Source: Desulfurobacterium pacificum (GTDB taxonomy: Bacteria; Aquificota; Aquificia; Desulfurobacteriales; Desulfurobacteriaceae). Taken from it: DNA of 64,000 nucleotides. The stretch spans positions 557,954 through 621,953 of the forward strand of contig NZ_FXUB01000001.1 in the NCBI RefSeq assembly GCF_900182835.1. Reading direction: 5' to 3'. The notes under the pieces are model-generated. The model did not search any database and was not told the origin of the DNA. It saw nothing but the letters and a program-made list of their open reading frames with translations. Below are positions 1 through 10,289 of the stretch, piece by piece. The stretch's first letter is position 1. The number at the start of each line of letters is the position of its first letter. The position numbers were made by a program, and so were the translations under genes.

Positions 1-851
1 ATGTTTATTTTGCCCTGAGAGGTGAAAAGCGTTCCGTTCCTCGCGTTTCTTGTTGGAATAACGCAGTCAAACATATCAACGCCGCAGGAAACTGCTTCCA
101 AAATGTCTTCAGGTTTTCCAACTCCCATAAGGTAACGGGGCTTATCTTCTGGCAGTTGCGGCGCAACAAGTCTCGTTATCCTATACATATCTTTCTTCGG
201 TTCGCCAACGCTCAAACCGCCTATGGCAAAGCCGTCAAAGTTTAAAGGCGAAAGAAGCTCAACGCACTTTAGCCTCAAATCTTCGTAAACTCCCCCCTGC
301 ACTATGGCAAAGATAGCCGTTTTATCGGTAGTTCTCGCCCTCAAGCTCCTCAAAGCCCACCTGACAGTCCTCTCCATAGAATGTTTGGCGTACTCGTAAG
401 TAGCCGGATAAGGCGTGCATTCGTCCAAAACCATTCCTATGTCAACACCTATCTCTTCTTCAAACTTTACGACAAATTCAGGTGAGAAGAAATGCTTTGA
501 ACCGTCTATGTGAGAGCGGAACTCTATACCATCTTCCGTTATCTTCATTAACTTTCCTAAACTAAATACCTGAAAACCGCCGCTATCTGTAAGTATGAGA
601 CCGTCCCAGTTTACGAATTTATGAAGTCCTCCGGCTTCTCTGAGGATATCCAAACCCGGACGCAGGTAAAGGTGATAAACGTTTGAGAGAACCAGAGAAT
701 AACCCATTTCCTTAACGTCGCGCCAGGTTACGCTTTTTACAGCGCCAAGCGTCCCGACAGGCATAAAGCATGGCGTTTCTGTAACGCCGTGAGTTCCTTT
801 CAACAAACCATACCTTGCGCTGCCGTCCTTAGCTAAAACCTTAAACTCCAT
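1..851 (-). CDS. tgt: Queuine tRNA-ribosyltransferase (tRNA-guanine transglycosylase). It is partial: the C-terminus runs off the window start.
   Basis: Reverse-strand translation from the ATG at 851 reads MEFKVLAKDGSARYGLLKGTHGVTETPCFMPVGT...DCVIPTRNARNG, which is a typical TGT. The ORF track omits it because it is truncated. Confidence 0.8.
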   Translation of the reverse strand, partial: MEFKVLAKDGSARYGLLKGTHGVTETPCFMPVGTLGAVKSVTWRDVKEMGYSLVLSNVYHLYLRPGLDILREAGGLHKFVNWDGLILTDSGGFQVFSLGKLMKITEDGIEFRSHIDGSKHFFSPEFVVKFEEEIGVDIGMVLDECTPYPATYEYAKHSMERTVRWALRSLRARTTDKTAIFAIVQGGVYEDLRLKCVELLSPLNFDGFAIGGLSVGEPKKDMYRITRLVAPQLPEDKPRYLMGVGKPEDILEAVSCGVDMFDCVIPTRNARNGTLFTSQGKIN

Positions 852-859
852 AAAAGCTC

Positions 860-1897
860 CTACTTTGGAAGTGTAGAAAGAACGAAAGCATCGCTTTCTG
901 TTACAAGGCAGTCATCTTCTATCCTCACACCGCCTAATTCAGGAACATATATTCCCGGTTCAACGGTTACAACCATATTCTTCTTTAGAATTTCCGAAGA
1001 ACGTTTTGAAAGCGTCGGTGCTTCGTGAACTTCCACTCCTATACCGTGACCGGTTGAATGAACGAAGAGTTCGCCGTAACCTTTAGAAGTTATGTATTCT
1101 CTGACTGCTTCATCTACCTTTTTGCAGGGAACGCCTACTCTAAGGCTTTCTATACCAATTCTCTGCGCTTCTTTCACAATGTCGTAAATGTTCTTTAATT
1201 CGGAAGGAACGTTACCTACCAAAAACGTCCTCGTTACGTCGGAAACGTAACCGCCTACGCGAACGCCGAAATCTACAACAACCGCTTCACCGTCTTTAAT
1301 CTCTTTACGAGAGGTTTTCCAGTGGGGAATGGCAGAACCTTTACCTGAAGCTACTATAGTTTCAAAAGCCTCATCCTCACCGCCAAATTTGAAAAACGCC
1401 TTTATCAGCTCAGCTCTAAATTCAAGTTCGGTTATGCCGGGTTTTAACAGATGGATAACGTGATTCAGTGTTGTCTCAGCAACAGTTACAGCCCTTGATA
1501 TAAGCGCCACCTCCTCTTCCGTCTTAACTGCTCTGAATTCTGAAAGGAAATTGCTTTCTATCTTTACAGAAAAACTCTTTTTCAAGGCATTGTAGGTAGA
1601 AACCTTTACCTTTTTATCATCTATCAATAGTCTGTCCAATTTTAAATCTTCTAACTTTTCCACAAACTTTTCCCAGCTTTTCCACAAAACTACGTTAACC
1701 TGTTTCACTGAACGCTTTGCCTTCTCAAAATACCTGCCATCGGTGAAAAAGAAAATTTCTCCTTCAGCGGTGACAACGCTAATTCCGAAAGAGGATTGAA
1801 ATTTTGTAAGGTAGAAGTTTTCGGCACTATCAAACGAAACGTAAGCGTCACAATCTCTACTTTTTACTTTACAGGATATACTTTGTAAGGTCTTCAT
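860..1897 (-). CDS. M24-family metallopeptidase (Xaa-Pro aminopeptidase/prolidase-like).
   Basis: [15 protein letters not shown] metal-ligand motif and the pita-bread fold pattern. It overlaps the hslU 3' end by 29 nt, so the true start may be internal. Confidence 0.75.
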   Translation of the reverse strand: MKTLQSISCKVKSRDCDAYVSFDSAENFYLTKFQSSFGISVVTAEGEIFFFTDGRYFEKAKRSVKQVNVVLWKSWEKFVEKLEDLKLDRLLIDDKKVKVSTYNALKKSFSVKIESNFLSEFRAVKTEEEVALISRAVTVAETTLNHVIHLLKPGITELEFRAELIKAFFKFGGEDEAFETIVASGKGSAIPHWKTSRKEIKDGEAVVVDFGVRVGGYVSDVTRTFLVGNVPSELKNIYDIVKEAQRIGIESLRVGVPCKKVDEAVREYITSKGYGELFVHSTGHGIGVEVHEAPTLSKRSSEILKKNMVVTVEPGIYVPELGGVRIEDDCLVTESDAFVLSTLPK

Positions 1898-3296
1898 CCT
1901 CTATTATCCCTTCCAACTTGCTCCTTACGTAGTCCCTATCTATAACCACTTTCTGTCCTTTCATACTTGGCGCATTGAAGGACAGGTCTTCTAATAGCCT
2001 TTCCATAACGGTGTGTAGTCTTCTCGCACCTATGTTCTCTGCCTTCGTGTTGGCTTCTTCGGCAATTCTCGCAATTTCTTCAATCCCATCTTCCGTAAAC
2101 TCTATCTCAACGCCTTCCGTTTCCAAAAGGGCTTTATACTGCTTCGTAAGAGCATTCTTAGGCTCTGTAAGAATTCTTACAAAATCCTCTTTGGTGAGAG
2201 GCTTAAGCTCAACTCTTATGGGAAATCTACCCTGAAGTTCGGGTAGAAGGTCTGAAGGTTTCGCTATATGGAAAGCACCGGCAGCTATGAAGAGAATGTG
2301 GTCTGTCCTTACAAGTCCGTATTTTGTAGAAACCTTGCTGCCTTCAACGATAGGAAGTAAGTCCCTCTGAACGCCCTCCCTTGAAACGTCTGGACCTCTA
2401 CCGCCGCTTTTTGCAGCTACCTTGTCTATCTCATCTATGAAAACGATTCCCTGATTCTCAACTCTGTTTATCGCTTCTCTTATCACCTCATCCATATCTA
2501 TAAGTTTCTGAGCTTCTTCCTGTGTTAGATAGCGAAGCGCTTCTTTTACTTTCATTTTTCTCATCTTCTTGGGCTTTGGCAGAATAGAAGAAAGCATGTC
2601 CTGAATGTTAGAAAGGTCACCTCCAACGCCTATAACGTTTATACCTGGCGTTTCAACAGTAACGGCTATCTCAACTATTTCATCATCAAGTTTTCCTTCT
2701 TTTAAAAGCTTCTTTATTCTGTTTCTCTCGTCCTGAAGGCGGGATTTCATCTTCTCATCGGTCTGCTGCGGCTTTTGAGGCGAAAGGAATACGTCAAACA
2801 GGCTCTGTAGAGACTGCTGGGCAGTCGCAGGCTCTGGAACCATTATCTCGGCGAGTCTATCGTAGGCAAGCTCTCTCGCCCTCTCCTCTACTTCAGCCAT
2901 CTTTTCTTCTTTAACCATATTGACAGCTATCTCTACAAGGTCACGAATGATGGATTCAACATCTCTACCTACGTAACCGACTTCTGTAAACTTTGTAGCC
3001 TCAACCTTTATAAACGGCGCCTTTACTAACTTGGCAAGTCTCCTTGCAATTTCGGTCTTACCAACGCCTGTAGGTCCTATCATTATGATGTTTTTCGGTG
3101 CAACCTCTTCCCTCATCTCTGGCGGCAACTTCTGACGGCGCCACCTGTTTCTTAACGCTATAGCAACAGCTTTTTTGGCTTCTTTCTGACCGACTATGTA
3201 TTTATCAAGCTCATTAACTATCTCCGCCGGCGTCATGAAAGATTCTTCCTTCTTTTCCTCGGCGCTCTCCTTGCCGCCAAAAAACTTTTCAAACAT
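1869..3296 (-). CDS. hslU: ATP-dependent protease ATPase subunit HslU.
   Basis: [20 protein letters not shown] Walker A, the I-domain and a C-terminal EDLTKYIL-like end. Confidence 0.9.
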   Translation of the reverse strand: MFEKFFGGKESAEEKKEESFMTPAEIVNELDKYIVGQKEAKKAVAIALRNRWRRQKLPPEMREEVAPKNIIMIGPTGVGKTEIARRLAKLVKAPFIKVEATKFTEVGYVGRDVESIIRDLVEIAVNMVKEEKMAEVEERARELAYDRLAEIMVPEPATAQQSLQSLFDVFLSPQKPQQTDEKMKSRLQDERNRIKKLLKEGKLDDEIVEIAVTVETPGINVIGVGGDLSNIQDMLSSILPKPKKMRKMKVKEALRYLTQEEAQKLIDMDEVIREAINRVENQGIVFIDEIDKVAAKSGGRGPDVSREGVQRDLLPIVEGSKVSTKYGLVRTDHILFIAAGAFHIAKPSDLLPELQGRFPIRVELKPLTKEDFVRILTEPKNALTKQYKALLETEGVEIEFTEDGIEEIARIAEEANTKAENIGARRLHTVMERLLEDLSFNAPSMKGQKVVIDRDYVRSKLEGIIEDEDLTKYIL

Positions 3297-3305
3297 CTTT
3301 CCTCC

Positions 3306-3839
3306 TTAAAGTTCTTCAATGACAATGTTCGTATTGGTGTAGATGCAGATTTTGCCGGCGATGTGGAGGGATTTTTCAACGATTTCTCTCGCAGAAAGGT
3401 CTGTATTTTCGTAAAGGGCTGTCGCCGCCGCCTGAGCGTAAGCACCCCCGGAACCGATAGCCATAACAGGAATATCAGGCTCTATAACGTCACCGTTTCC
3501 CGAGATAAGCAAAATTTTCGTAGTATCAGCAACCAAAAGCATCGCCTCTAAACGCCTCAAAACTCTGTCAGTTCTCCAATCCTTTGCAAGCTCAACAGCA
3601 GATTTCAAAAGGTTACCGCTGTAAGTTTGAAGCTTATCCTCAAACCTCTCAAGGAGGGCAAAAGCATCAGCAACAGAACCGGCAAACCCAGCTAAAACTC
3701 TACCACCGTATATCTTTCTAACTTTCCTTGCGCCGTTCTTAAAAACCGTATTACCTAAAGTAACCTGACCGTCTCCAGCCATCGCAACTTTGCCATTTCT
3801 CAACGCAGCGCATATCGTAGTAGCGTGAAAATCCATCAC
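3306..3839 (-). CDS. hslV: ATP-dependent protease subunit HslV.
   Basis: An N-terminal TTI motif after Met ([27 protein letters not shown]) and its position immediately upstream of hslU. Confidence 0.9.
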   Translation of the reverse strand: MMDFHATTICAALRNGKVAMAGDGQVTLGNTVFKNGARKVRKIYGGRVLAGFAGSVADAFALLERFEDKLQTYSGNLLKSAVELAKDWRTDRVLRRLEAMLLVADTTKILLISGNGDVIEPDIPVMAIGSGGAYAQAAATALYENTDLSAREIVEKSLHIAGKICIYTNTNIVIEEL

Positions 3840-4087
3840 CCCTCCACAATAAACATCTGTCTACGAAGTCTACCACCAACAAACTGACCCAAAACTGCAA
3901 CTGCTATCAAAACCGGTGCAAACTTCCACGGTATTCCAAGTCCTATCCTCATAGCTATAATGAACGGTATAGGTATATGAACGTATAGAAACCACTGCTT
4001 AGAGAACTTCTCCACACCTTCTCTCAACCAGCCAAAAGGAAGGTTTAAAATAAACGTCATAACAATAACGAAAACTATTTTTTCCAT
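3836..4087 (-). CDS. Small integral membrane protein (83 aa, two or three TM helices), translationally coupled to hslV.
   Basis: Hydrophobic ORF with an ATGA overlap onto the hslV start. No recognisable family. Confidence 0.45.
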   Translation of the reverse strand: MEKIVFVIVMTFILNLPFGWLREGVEKFSKQWFLYVHIPIPFIIAMRIGLGIPWKFAPVLIAVAVLGQFVGGRLRRQMFIVEG

Positions 4088-4149
4088 TTTAAGCCTCCCG
4101 AGTGGAAGAATCTAACGTTGCAGAATAATTTAATGGAAATCATTCCTAA

Positions 4150-4830
4150 ATGCAAAAGGAGGAAACCTTGACTCCTGTAGTTGCCTTTGTAGGATATCAC
4201 AACTCCGGAAAAACCAGCTTCGCCTCAAAAGTGGTAAGAATACTGAAAGAGAAAGGCTATAAAGTAGCTGTCGTCAAATCAACGAAGCATTCAGGTCTTA
4301 TAAAAGACACAGAAGGTAAAGATACGTTTATTTATAAACAATCAGGCGCAGATGCCGTAGCTCTCGTAATGCCAGACGAAATCGTCCTTTTTAGCAAAGA
4401 GCAGCTCCCTTTAACTGAGCTGGTATTCCACTACTTTCCCCACTTTGACATTGTAATATGTGAAGGCTTCAAAAACTCCTCCGTTCCAAAAATAGAAGTA
4501 ATAAGAAAAGAACTAAACAAAAATCCCCTCCACAACCAGCTAAAAAACGTAATAGCCGTAGCCTCCGACTTTGAAATCCCTGATATTAAAAACTTCTCAA
4601 TAGAAAAACCGGAAGAAGTAGCCGAATTCTTAGAAAAAAGCTTCATTAAAAAGAGAAACGACGATTTTCCGCACGAAGTAACACTCTTAGTAAACGGGAA
4701 AGAGATTCCGATGAAACACTACGTAAAGAAAAGCCTTATGGGAGTAATAGAAGGATTCATCAGCGCGCTAAAAGGCGTTGAAAAACCGGAAACCATAGAA
4801 ATAAGAATCAGCAAATCGGAGGAAAAATGA
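4150..4830 (+). CDS. mobB: MobB-like molybdopterin-guanine dinucleotide biosynthesis adaptor (P-loop NTPase) with a C-terminal extension.
   Basis: VAFVGYHNSGKTSFASKVVRILKEKGYKVAVVKSTKH is a typical MobB P-loop. An alternative TTG start at about 4168 follows the AAGGAGG sequence. Confidence 0.7.
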   Translation: MQKEETLTPVVAFVGYHNSGKTSFASKVVRILKEKGYKVAVVKSTKHSGLIKDTEGKDTFIYKQSGADAVALVMPDEIVLFSKEQLPLTELVFHYFPHFDIVICEGFKNSSVPKIEVIRKELNKNPLHNQLKNVIAVASDFEIPDIKNFSIEKPEEVAEFLEKSFIKKRNDDFPHEVTLLVNGKEIPMKHYVKKSLMGVIEGFISALKGVEKPETIEIRISKSEEK

Positions 4831-6203
4831 ACGTTGAAAAAGTTGAAAAATACTTAAAGGAAGCAATAGGAAAGGAAAGAGTAAAATCTTCCATTGATTT
4901 TCGCGCTGCCTACGCCTACGACGGCACACCAACAGGCTACAAAGCCATTCCAGACTTAGTAGTGTTTCCGGAAAATGAAGAACACGTATCAAAAATCCTC
5001 TCCATCGCTAACGAAGAAAAAATCCCTATCTACCCCCGCGGCGCCGGCTCCGGTCTTACAGGCGGTTCAGCCCCCATAAACGGCGGCATAGTAGTATCAA
5101 CTGAAAAGATGAACAGAATATTGGAAATAGATGAAGACAACTTAGCCGTCCTCACAGAACCGGGCGTCGTAACCTACGACCTCCAAAAAGAGGTTGAAAA
5201 GAAAGGACTCTTCTACCCGCCAGACCCTTCAAGTTATAAGTATTCAACAATCGGCGGTAACATTGCCGAAAACGCAGGTGGACCCCGGTGCGTCAAATAC
5301 GGCGTAACGAAAGATTACGTCATGCAACTTGAAGTTGTCTTTGCCGACGGCACGATTGCAAAAGTAGGTTCAAAAGCCGTTAAGTCCGTCGCAGGATACA
5401 ACTTAAAAGACCTGATAGTCGGCTCAGAAGGAACGCTTGCCTTCATCACAAAAGCCTACCTCAAACTCATTCCAAAGCCGGAAGCCGTAAGAACAGCAAT
5501 GGCAATCTTCCCCAAAATAGAACAGGCAGCACAGGCAGTAGCCAACATGTTCAAAGCAAAAGTCATCCCAACAGCCTGCGAACTCTTAGATAAAAACTCC
5601 ATCGTTGCAGTTGAAAACTACGCCAAAATCGGACTTCCCTCCTATGCAGAAGGGCTATTAATCGTTGAAGTTGACGGCTACGCCTCAATCGTTGACGAAC
5701 TGATAGAAAGAGCCATGGAAGTCTGCAGAAAGGCAGGTGCAGAAGAAATCAAAATCGCAAAAACGGAAGAAGAAAGAGAACACATCTGGCACGCAAGACG
5801 CTCTCTTTCACCTGCAATCGTTAACTTGAAACCGAAAAAAATCAACGAAGACGTTGTCGTCCCAAGAAGCAGAATTCCGGACCTCATAAAAGGCGTTTAC
5901 GAAATAGCTAAAAAGTACGACCTCATGGTAGTAAACTTCGGACACGCCGGCGACGGCAACATACACGTAAACTTCATGTACGAACCTCACGAAGAAGAAA
6001 AGGTAGAAAGAGCGGTAAGAGAAGTATTCCGTCTCACCCTAAACCTTGAAGGCTCCGTCTCCGGCGAACACGGCATCGGCTGGATGAAAAAAGAGTTTCT
6101 ACCCTGGGAAGTAGGTGAAGCCCTGGAAAAGATGAAAGCTATTAAGAAAGCCCTTGACCCCAACAACATACTCAACCCGGGAAAAATATTTGATTTATCA
6201 TAG
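4827..6203 (+). CDS. glcD: FAD-linked oxidase (glycolate oxidase subunit GlcD / D-lactate dehydrogenase family).
   Basis: FAD-binding PCMH domain (PRGAGSGLTGG), 458 aa. Confidence 0.8.
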   Translation: MNVEKVEKYLKEAIGKERVKSSIDFRAAYAYDGTPTGYKAIPDLVVFPENEEHVSKILSIANEEKIPIYPRGAGSGLTGGSAPINGGIVVSTEKMNRILEIDEDNLAVLTEPGVVTYDLQKEVEKKGLFYPPDPSSYKYSTIGGNIAENAGGPRCVKYGVTKDYVMQLEVVFADGTIAKVGSKAVKSVAGYNLKDLIVGSEGTLAFITKAYLKLIPKPEAVRTAMAIFPKIEQAAQAVANMFKAKVIPTACELLDKNSIVAVENYAKIGLPSYAEGLLIVEVDGYASIVDELIERAMEVCRKAGAEEIKIAKTEEEREHIWHARRSLSPAIVNLKPKKINEDVVVPRSRIPDLIKGVYEIAKKYDLMVVNFGHAGDGNIHVNFMYEPHEEEKVERAVREVFRLTLNLEGSVSGEHGIGWMKKEFLPWEVGEALEKMKAIKKALDPNNILNPGKIFDLS

Positions 6204-6282
6204 AGGTAAAAAGAACTAAAAAGCTGCCGATAAGTATAATTAATCGGGCAGTTTTGCTATCTCGCGTTTTGGGAGAGGGTAA

Positions 6283-7044
6283 ATGGACATAGCTACCCTT
6301 ATAGGTATAGGCGGTGCGTTACTTCTCATAATTATCTCAATTGTCATAGGCGGAAGTCCCGGCGCTTTCATCAACATTCCCTCTCTCCTCATTACGGTCG
6401 GCGGTGGTATAACTGCTGGAATGGCCGGCTTTCCATTGGGAGAGTTCATCGGTGGCTTAAAGGCAATGCTGAAAGCGATTCAACCTGGCATGCCTGACCC
6501 TTTAGAAACCGTTGATTTTCTGTCCGAAATAGCGAAAAAAGCAAGGAAAGAGGGGATTTTAGCTCTTGAAGCCGATATTGATTCTTTCTACGCAAGAGAC
6601 CCCTTCTTCGGCGACGTCATGAGAATGCTCATAGATGGTCTTGAAATAGAAGAAATACGCAGTACCGCAGAAAGCTCCATGGCACAGATAGACCAAAAAC
6701 TATCAACGGAAGTCTCTGTATGGGAAGCTTTAGGTGACCTGTTTCCAGCGTTCGGTATGATAGGAACGCTAATAGGTTTGATTCAGATGCTTCAAAACCT
6801 GTCAGACCCATCAGCACTTGGTCCCGGCATGGCAGTAGCTATGATTACAACCCTTTACGGTGCTATATTAGCCAATACGCTCTGTATTCCGATATCCAAG
6901 AAACTCAAATACTACAAAGACTTACGTCTTCTTTACCTTGAAGCCTACATACTTACTGCAGAAGCAATAGAAAAAGGTTTAAACCCAAATATACTCAAGC
7001 AAAAACTTGCTGGACTCTTAGGAGTGGAAGTGAAAGAGGGTTAA
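6283..7044 (+). CDS. motA: Flagellar motor stator protein MotA/PomA.
   Basis: Four-TM MotA/TolQ/ExbB proton-channel pattern, followed by two motB genes. Confidence 0.85.
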   Translation: MDIATLIGIGGALLLIIISIVIGGSPGAFINIPSLLITVGGGITAGMAGFPLGEFIGGLKAMLKAIQPGMPDPLETVDFLSEIAKKARKEGILALEADIDSFYARDPFFGDVMRMLIDGLEIEEIRSTAESSMAQIDQKLSTEVSVWEALGDLFPAFGMIGTLIGLIQMLQNLSDPSALGPGMAVAMITTLYGAILANTLCIPISKKLKYYKDLRLLYLEAYILTAEAIEKGLNPNILKQKLAGLLGVEVKEG

Positions 7045-7047
7045 TGA

Positions 7048-7749
7048 ATGGCAAGGAAGAAAAAGGAGGAGTGCAAAGCTCCTCCAGCGTGGCTCACCAG
7101 CTTTGGCGACCTCATGTCTCTGCTCTTAACGTTCTTCATTCTCCTTTATTCCATGTCAACAATATCCCTTGAAAAGTTCTACCAGGCTCTAAAAGGAATA
7201 ATACAGGCATTCGGGGGGCATTACGTCATTTACGAAAACAGAGTCGTCAGCGGAAAAAACGTTCCAATAGAATTCCCCAATATGTACCCCAAGATACCAT
7301 CAAGAAGACAGATAGAAAGCAAACTTCAGGAAATAAGGAGTATGCTTCAAAAAGCGGGTATAAAAACAGAAATAGCAAAGTTCGGAACAAGTATAAGGCT
7401 AAGGATAAACACAGACAAAATATTTCCGCCCGGAAGTGACAGACCCTACCCTCAGGCAATTCCTCTAATCATGGAACTCTGTAAAAAGCTGAAGGAGTTA
7501 GACTTACCGATAACCATTGAAGGACACACAGACAGCACTCCAATACATACAAAACGATTCCCTTCAAACTGGGAACTATCTGCCGCAAGAGCAACAACTG
7601 TTCTAAGGTTATTCATGCAATGCGGCTATGACCCTAATAAACTATCAGCAGCAGGATGTGGACAATACAGACCTATTGCCCCAAATACAACTCCTGAAGG
7701 CAGAGCAAAAAACAGACGGATAGAGATAGTAATACACTTACCTATGTAA
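7048..7749 (+). CDS. motB: Flagellar motor protein MotB, paralog 1 (OmpA-like C-terminal domain).
   Basis: PAWLTSFGDLMSLLLTFFILL plug and TM region with a conserved Asp, plus an OmpA-like peptidoglycan-binding C-terminus. Confidence 0.85.
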   Translation: MARKKKEECKAPPAWLTSFGDLMSLLLTFFILLYSMSTISLEKFYQALKGIIQAFGGHYVIYENRVVSGKNVPIEFPNMYPKIPSRRQIESKLQEIRSMLQKAGIKTEIAKFGTSIRLRINTDKIFPPGSDRPYPQAIPLIMELCKKLKELDLPITIEGHTDSTPIHTKRFPSNWELSAARATTVLRLFMQCGYDPNKLSAAGCGQYRPIAPNTTPEGRAKNRRIEIVIHLPM

Positions 7750-7759
7750 CGGTGAAAAA

Positions 7760-8506
7760 ATGGCAAGGAAAAAGAAGGAAGAATGTAAATCAGTCCCGGC
7801 GTGGCTCACCAGCTTCAGCGACCTTATGTCACTTCTTTTAACGTTTTTCATTCTCCTTTACTCTATGAGTACACTTGATATAACGAAAGCTATGAAATTC
7901 CTGTCCTACTTCCAGGGTGAAAAAGCAAAAACCTTTGAAAAAATATCCATAGTTAAACCAATCCGTATATACACAACCGATGTAGCCAAAAAGATTAAAA
8001 AGATAATTCAAAGAATCCTTCCCGTTTACGGTTACCAGATAGTAGTTACAGAAGACTACGTAATGGTAAGACTATTCAACAAAATACTATTTAAGAAAAA
8101 CTCCTTTCAACTTACACCGGAAGCAAAAAAGGCATTAGACGAGATAGCAAAAATAATCAAATCGCTTCCCGATTGTCAGATAAAAGTTGTAGGACATACA
8201 AGCGAAAACGAACCTACAAAAATCCTCCCCGGCATCCAAGATAGCTGGGACCTCTCAATAAGAAGGGCTACAACAGTAGCAAGGTACTTAGCGTCAAAAG
8301 GCGTTCCTCCTAATAGGATAGAAGCTGTAGGTTACGACTACACAAGACCTCTATATACATGGAAAAATCCCCTCCTCCAAGCCCGCAACCGCAGAGTTGA
8401 AATATACATCTACGTTGCCCAACCGCGAAAGGAGAAAAAGGTAGAAGTTAAGAGAAAAGAAAAACTCCCGACAAAAGAAAAAGAAAAAGAAAGCAAAACT
8501 AAATAA
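7760..8506 (+). CDS. motB: Flagellar motor protein MotB, paralog 2, with a K/E-rich C-terminal tail.
   Basis: Its N-terminus (MARKKKEECKSVPAWLTSFSDLMSLLLTFFILLYSMST) is nearly identical to that of paralog 1. The C-terminal domain is OmpA-like. Confidence 0.85.
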   Translation: MARKKKEECKSVPAWLTSFSDLMSLLLTFFILLYSMSTLDITKAMKFLSYFQGEKAKTFEKISIVKPIRIYTTDVAKKIKKIIQRILPVYGYQIVVTEDYVMVRLFNKILFKKNSFQLTPEAKKALDEIAKIIKSLPDCQIKVVGHTSENEPTKILPGIQDSWDLSIRRATTVARYLASKGVPPNRIEAVGYDYTRPLYTWKNPLLQARNRRVEIYIYVAQPRKEKKVEVKRKEKLPTKEKEKESKTK

Positions 8507-8583
8507 ATTAAATTTTGATTTTAAAAGGATATTTTGATAAATTTCTTCTTAAGAACTGTTTCAAACCATCTCAGGAGGGAGGC

Positions 8584-9318
8584 ATGAAAAAATCACTAAT
8601 TATCCTTTCTATTCTCAGTCTTATCCCCCTTACAGCAAAAGCAGAAGGAATTAAAGTATCTACATCCGTAGGAGTACAACAGGAACTCTTCAGAGGTTGG
8701 GTACAGTATAAAGGAACAAAAATAGACGTTAAAGACGACCTGCAAATAAAAGACAAGAACAAATTCACCGGATGCATAGATTTCAAAATACCAGGAAAAC
8801 TTCCAAACGTGAGAATAGAATACTTAAACGTCAAAAGCTCAGGTACAGGAACAATCTCAAAATCCATTACATTTGGCGGCGTAACTTTCAACGTTAGCGA
8901 TACAATTAATACCAGATTTAAAGCAGACCAGATAGACGCAACTTTCTACTACACACCTCTAAAAGGAACTCTGCAAGCAAACGTAGGTGCAGGAGTTAAA
9001 TATCTGACAGGCTACGTTGATATCAAAAGTCTTAAAACAGGAACTTATTCCGATACAAATTTTGATATCCCCGTACCTTACGTGTTTGCAGAAACAACTA
9101 TAAAACAGAACCTATTCTTCGGCTCCTTTTCAATTAAAGGAGTTGCATATTCCGGCAATTACTTTTACGACTGGAACCTAAAAAGCGGAGTAAGTTACAA
9201 AAACTTTTTCGCCGACTTGGGTTATAGATATCAAAAACTGCATATAGACGATATAGAAGACTTCTCAAGCGATTTAAAAATAAAAGGAATTTACGGAGAG
9301 ATAGGAATAAGATTCTAA
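8584..9318 (+). CDS. Outer-membrane beta-barrel protein with a signal peptide, function unknown.
   Basis: Signal peptide MKKSLIILSILSLIPLTAKA, alternating amphipathic beta-strands and a C-terminal aromatic residue (GIRF). The ORF-track start at 8515 is probably too early. Confidence 0.6.
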   Translation: MKKSLIILSILSLIPLTAKAEGIKVSTSVGVQQELFRGWVQYKGTKIDVKDDLQIKDKNKFTGCIDFKIPGKLPNVRIEYLNVKSSGTGTISKSITFGGVTFNVSDTINTRFKADQIDATFYYTPLKGTLQANVGAGVKYLTGYVDIKSLKTGTYSDTNFDIPVPYVFAETTIKQNLFFGSFSIKGVAYSGNYFYDWNLKSGVSYKNFFADLGYRYQKLHIDDIEDFSSDLKIKGIYGEIGIRF

Positions 9319-9358
9319 ATAAAAATGGAAGCTGGCAGAAAGGTTTTCTGCCAGCTAA

Positions 9359-10282
9359 TTAACGAATAATTTTAACGAAGTAGTAAGTTTGAACACCATT
9401 AGAAGGTTTAAGGTCTACTTCTTCATAAGCTTTATACGTAAAGTTTAACCTACTGCCGTGCTGTGCAGGAGCAAGTAAAATGTCACGACCGATAGTAATT
9501 CCTACCCTGTTATCCTTCAAGTGACCAAAGTAATACTTCCTTAACGAAGGATGTTTGGCAGCTTCAGAAGCATCTATTCCATAAACAAAACCATCAGGAT
9601 AAGCTAAAACCCAGCAGTGATAACCTTTAACTTCACCGCTTCCATTTACAGGTAAGCCTATCTGAAACCTGGCAGGAATTCCTGCTGCTCTACAAAGGGC
9701 GATAAATAGAGAATGAAAATCGGTGCAGTTACCCCTTTTCGCATCGCAAGCCCATATCGCATCACCTCTTCCCCAGCCTTTTCCGGATTTATCATACTTC
9801 ATATGAGAAACCACGTAGTTGTATATCGCTTTCAATTTTTCAACGTCAGTCTTTTTACCGGCAGTTATCCTTTCTGCAAGAACTTTAAACTTATCAACAG
9901 GAACCAACCTGTCCGGAAGTAGATACCTCAAAGGCGGTTTGGAAGTCAATTTTTCAGGTTTTACTTCCTCTCTCTCTACGAGCAATTTAACGGTAATCCT
10001 TGTAGGTTCTTTTAGAGGTCCTTCATGCCTTATATAGATAAACCTATCGCCGTATTCCGACTCTTTGAGAAGCTGAAAAGAGTATGGGGAAACAACTTCC
10101 ATCCTTTCTATCTTTTGCCACCTGTTCTCGTAAGGCACAGGAATCCAGACTTCCACCAATTTGGCTTTCGGTTGAGGCTTTAAATCAACAACTTCTTTCA
10201 ACTCATAAAGCGCCGCGTTAGCGTTTTGAGTTAGCAAAACTAAAGCTCCAATTAGCGCGCTGAAAAATCCTCTCATCATCAT
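9359..10282 (-). CDS. Secreted transglutaminase-like cysteine protease domain protein.
   Basis: GNCTDFHSLFIALCRAAGIPARF transglutaminase core with Cys, a signal peptide MMMRGFFSALIGALVLLTQNANA, and GGAGG upstream of the ATG at 10282. It is translationally coupled to the upstream molybdoenzyme gene. Confidence 0.7.
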   Translation of the reverse strand: MMMRGFFSALIGALVLLTQNANAALYELKEVVDLKPQPKAKLVEVWIPVPYENRWQKIERMEVVSPYSFQLLKESEYGDRFIYIRHEGPLKEPTRITVKLLVEREEVKPEKLTSKPPLRYLLPDRLVPVDKFKVLAERITAGKKTDVEKLKAIYNYVVSHMKYDKSGKGWGRGDAIWACDAKRGNCTDFHSLFIALCRAAGIPARFQIGLPVNGSGEVKGYHCWVLAYPDGFVYGIDASEAAKHPSLRKYYFGHLKDNRVGITIGRDILLAPAQHGSRLNFTYKAYEEVDLKPSNGVQTYYFVKIIR

Positions 10283-10289
10283 TCGCCTC

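Noticed and set aside
1975-2235. Antisense ORFs embedded within well-supported genes, for example 1975-2235 in hslU, 11331-11618 and 11967-12215 in the molybdoenzyme, 45726-46259 in pelA-like, 49272-49802 in pelF-like, 55803-56267 in the K+ channel and 14751-15002 in the GT9 gene.
   Set aside because: Each lies fully inside a longer ORF with strong family motifs and has low-complexity or Ser/Arg/Phe-rich compositions typical of antisense frames. None has an RBS or other support.
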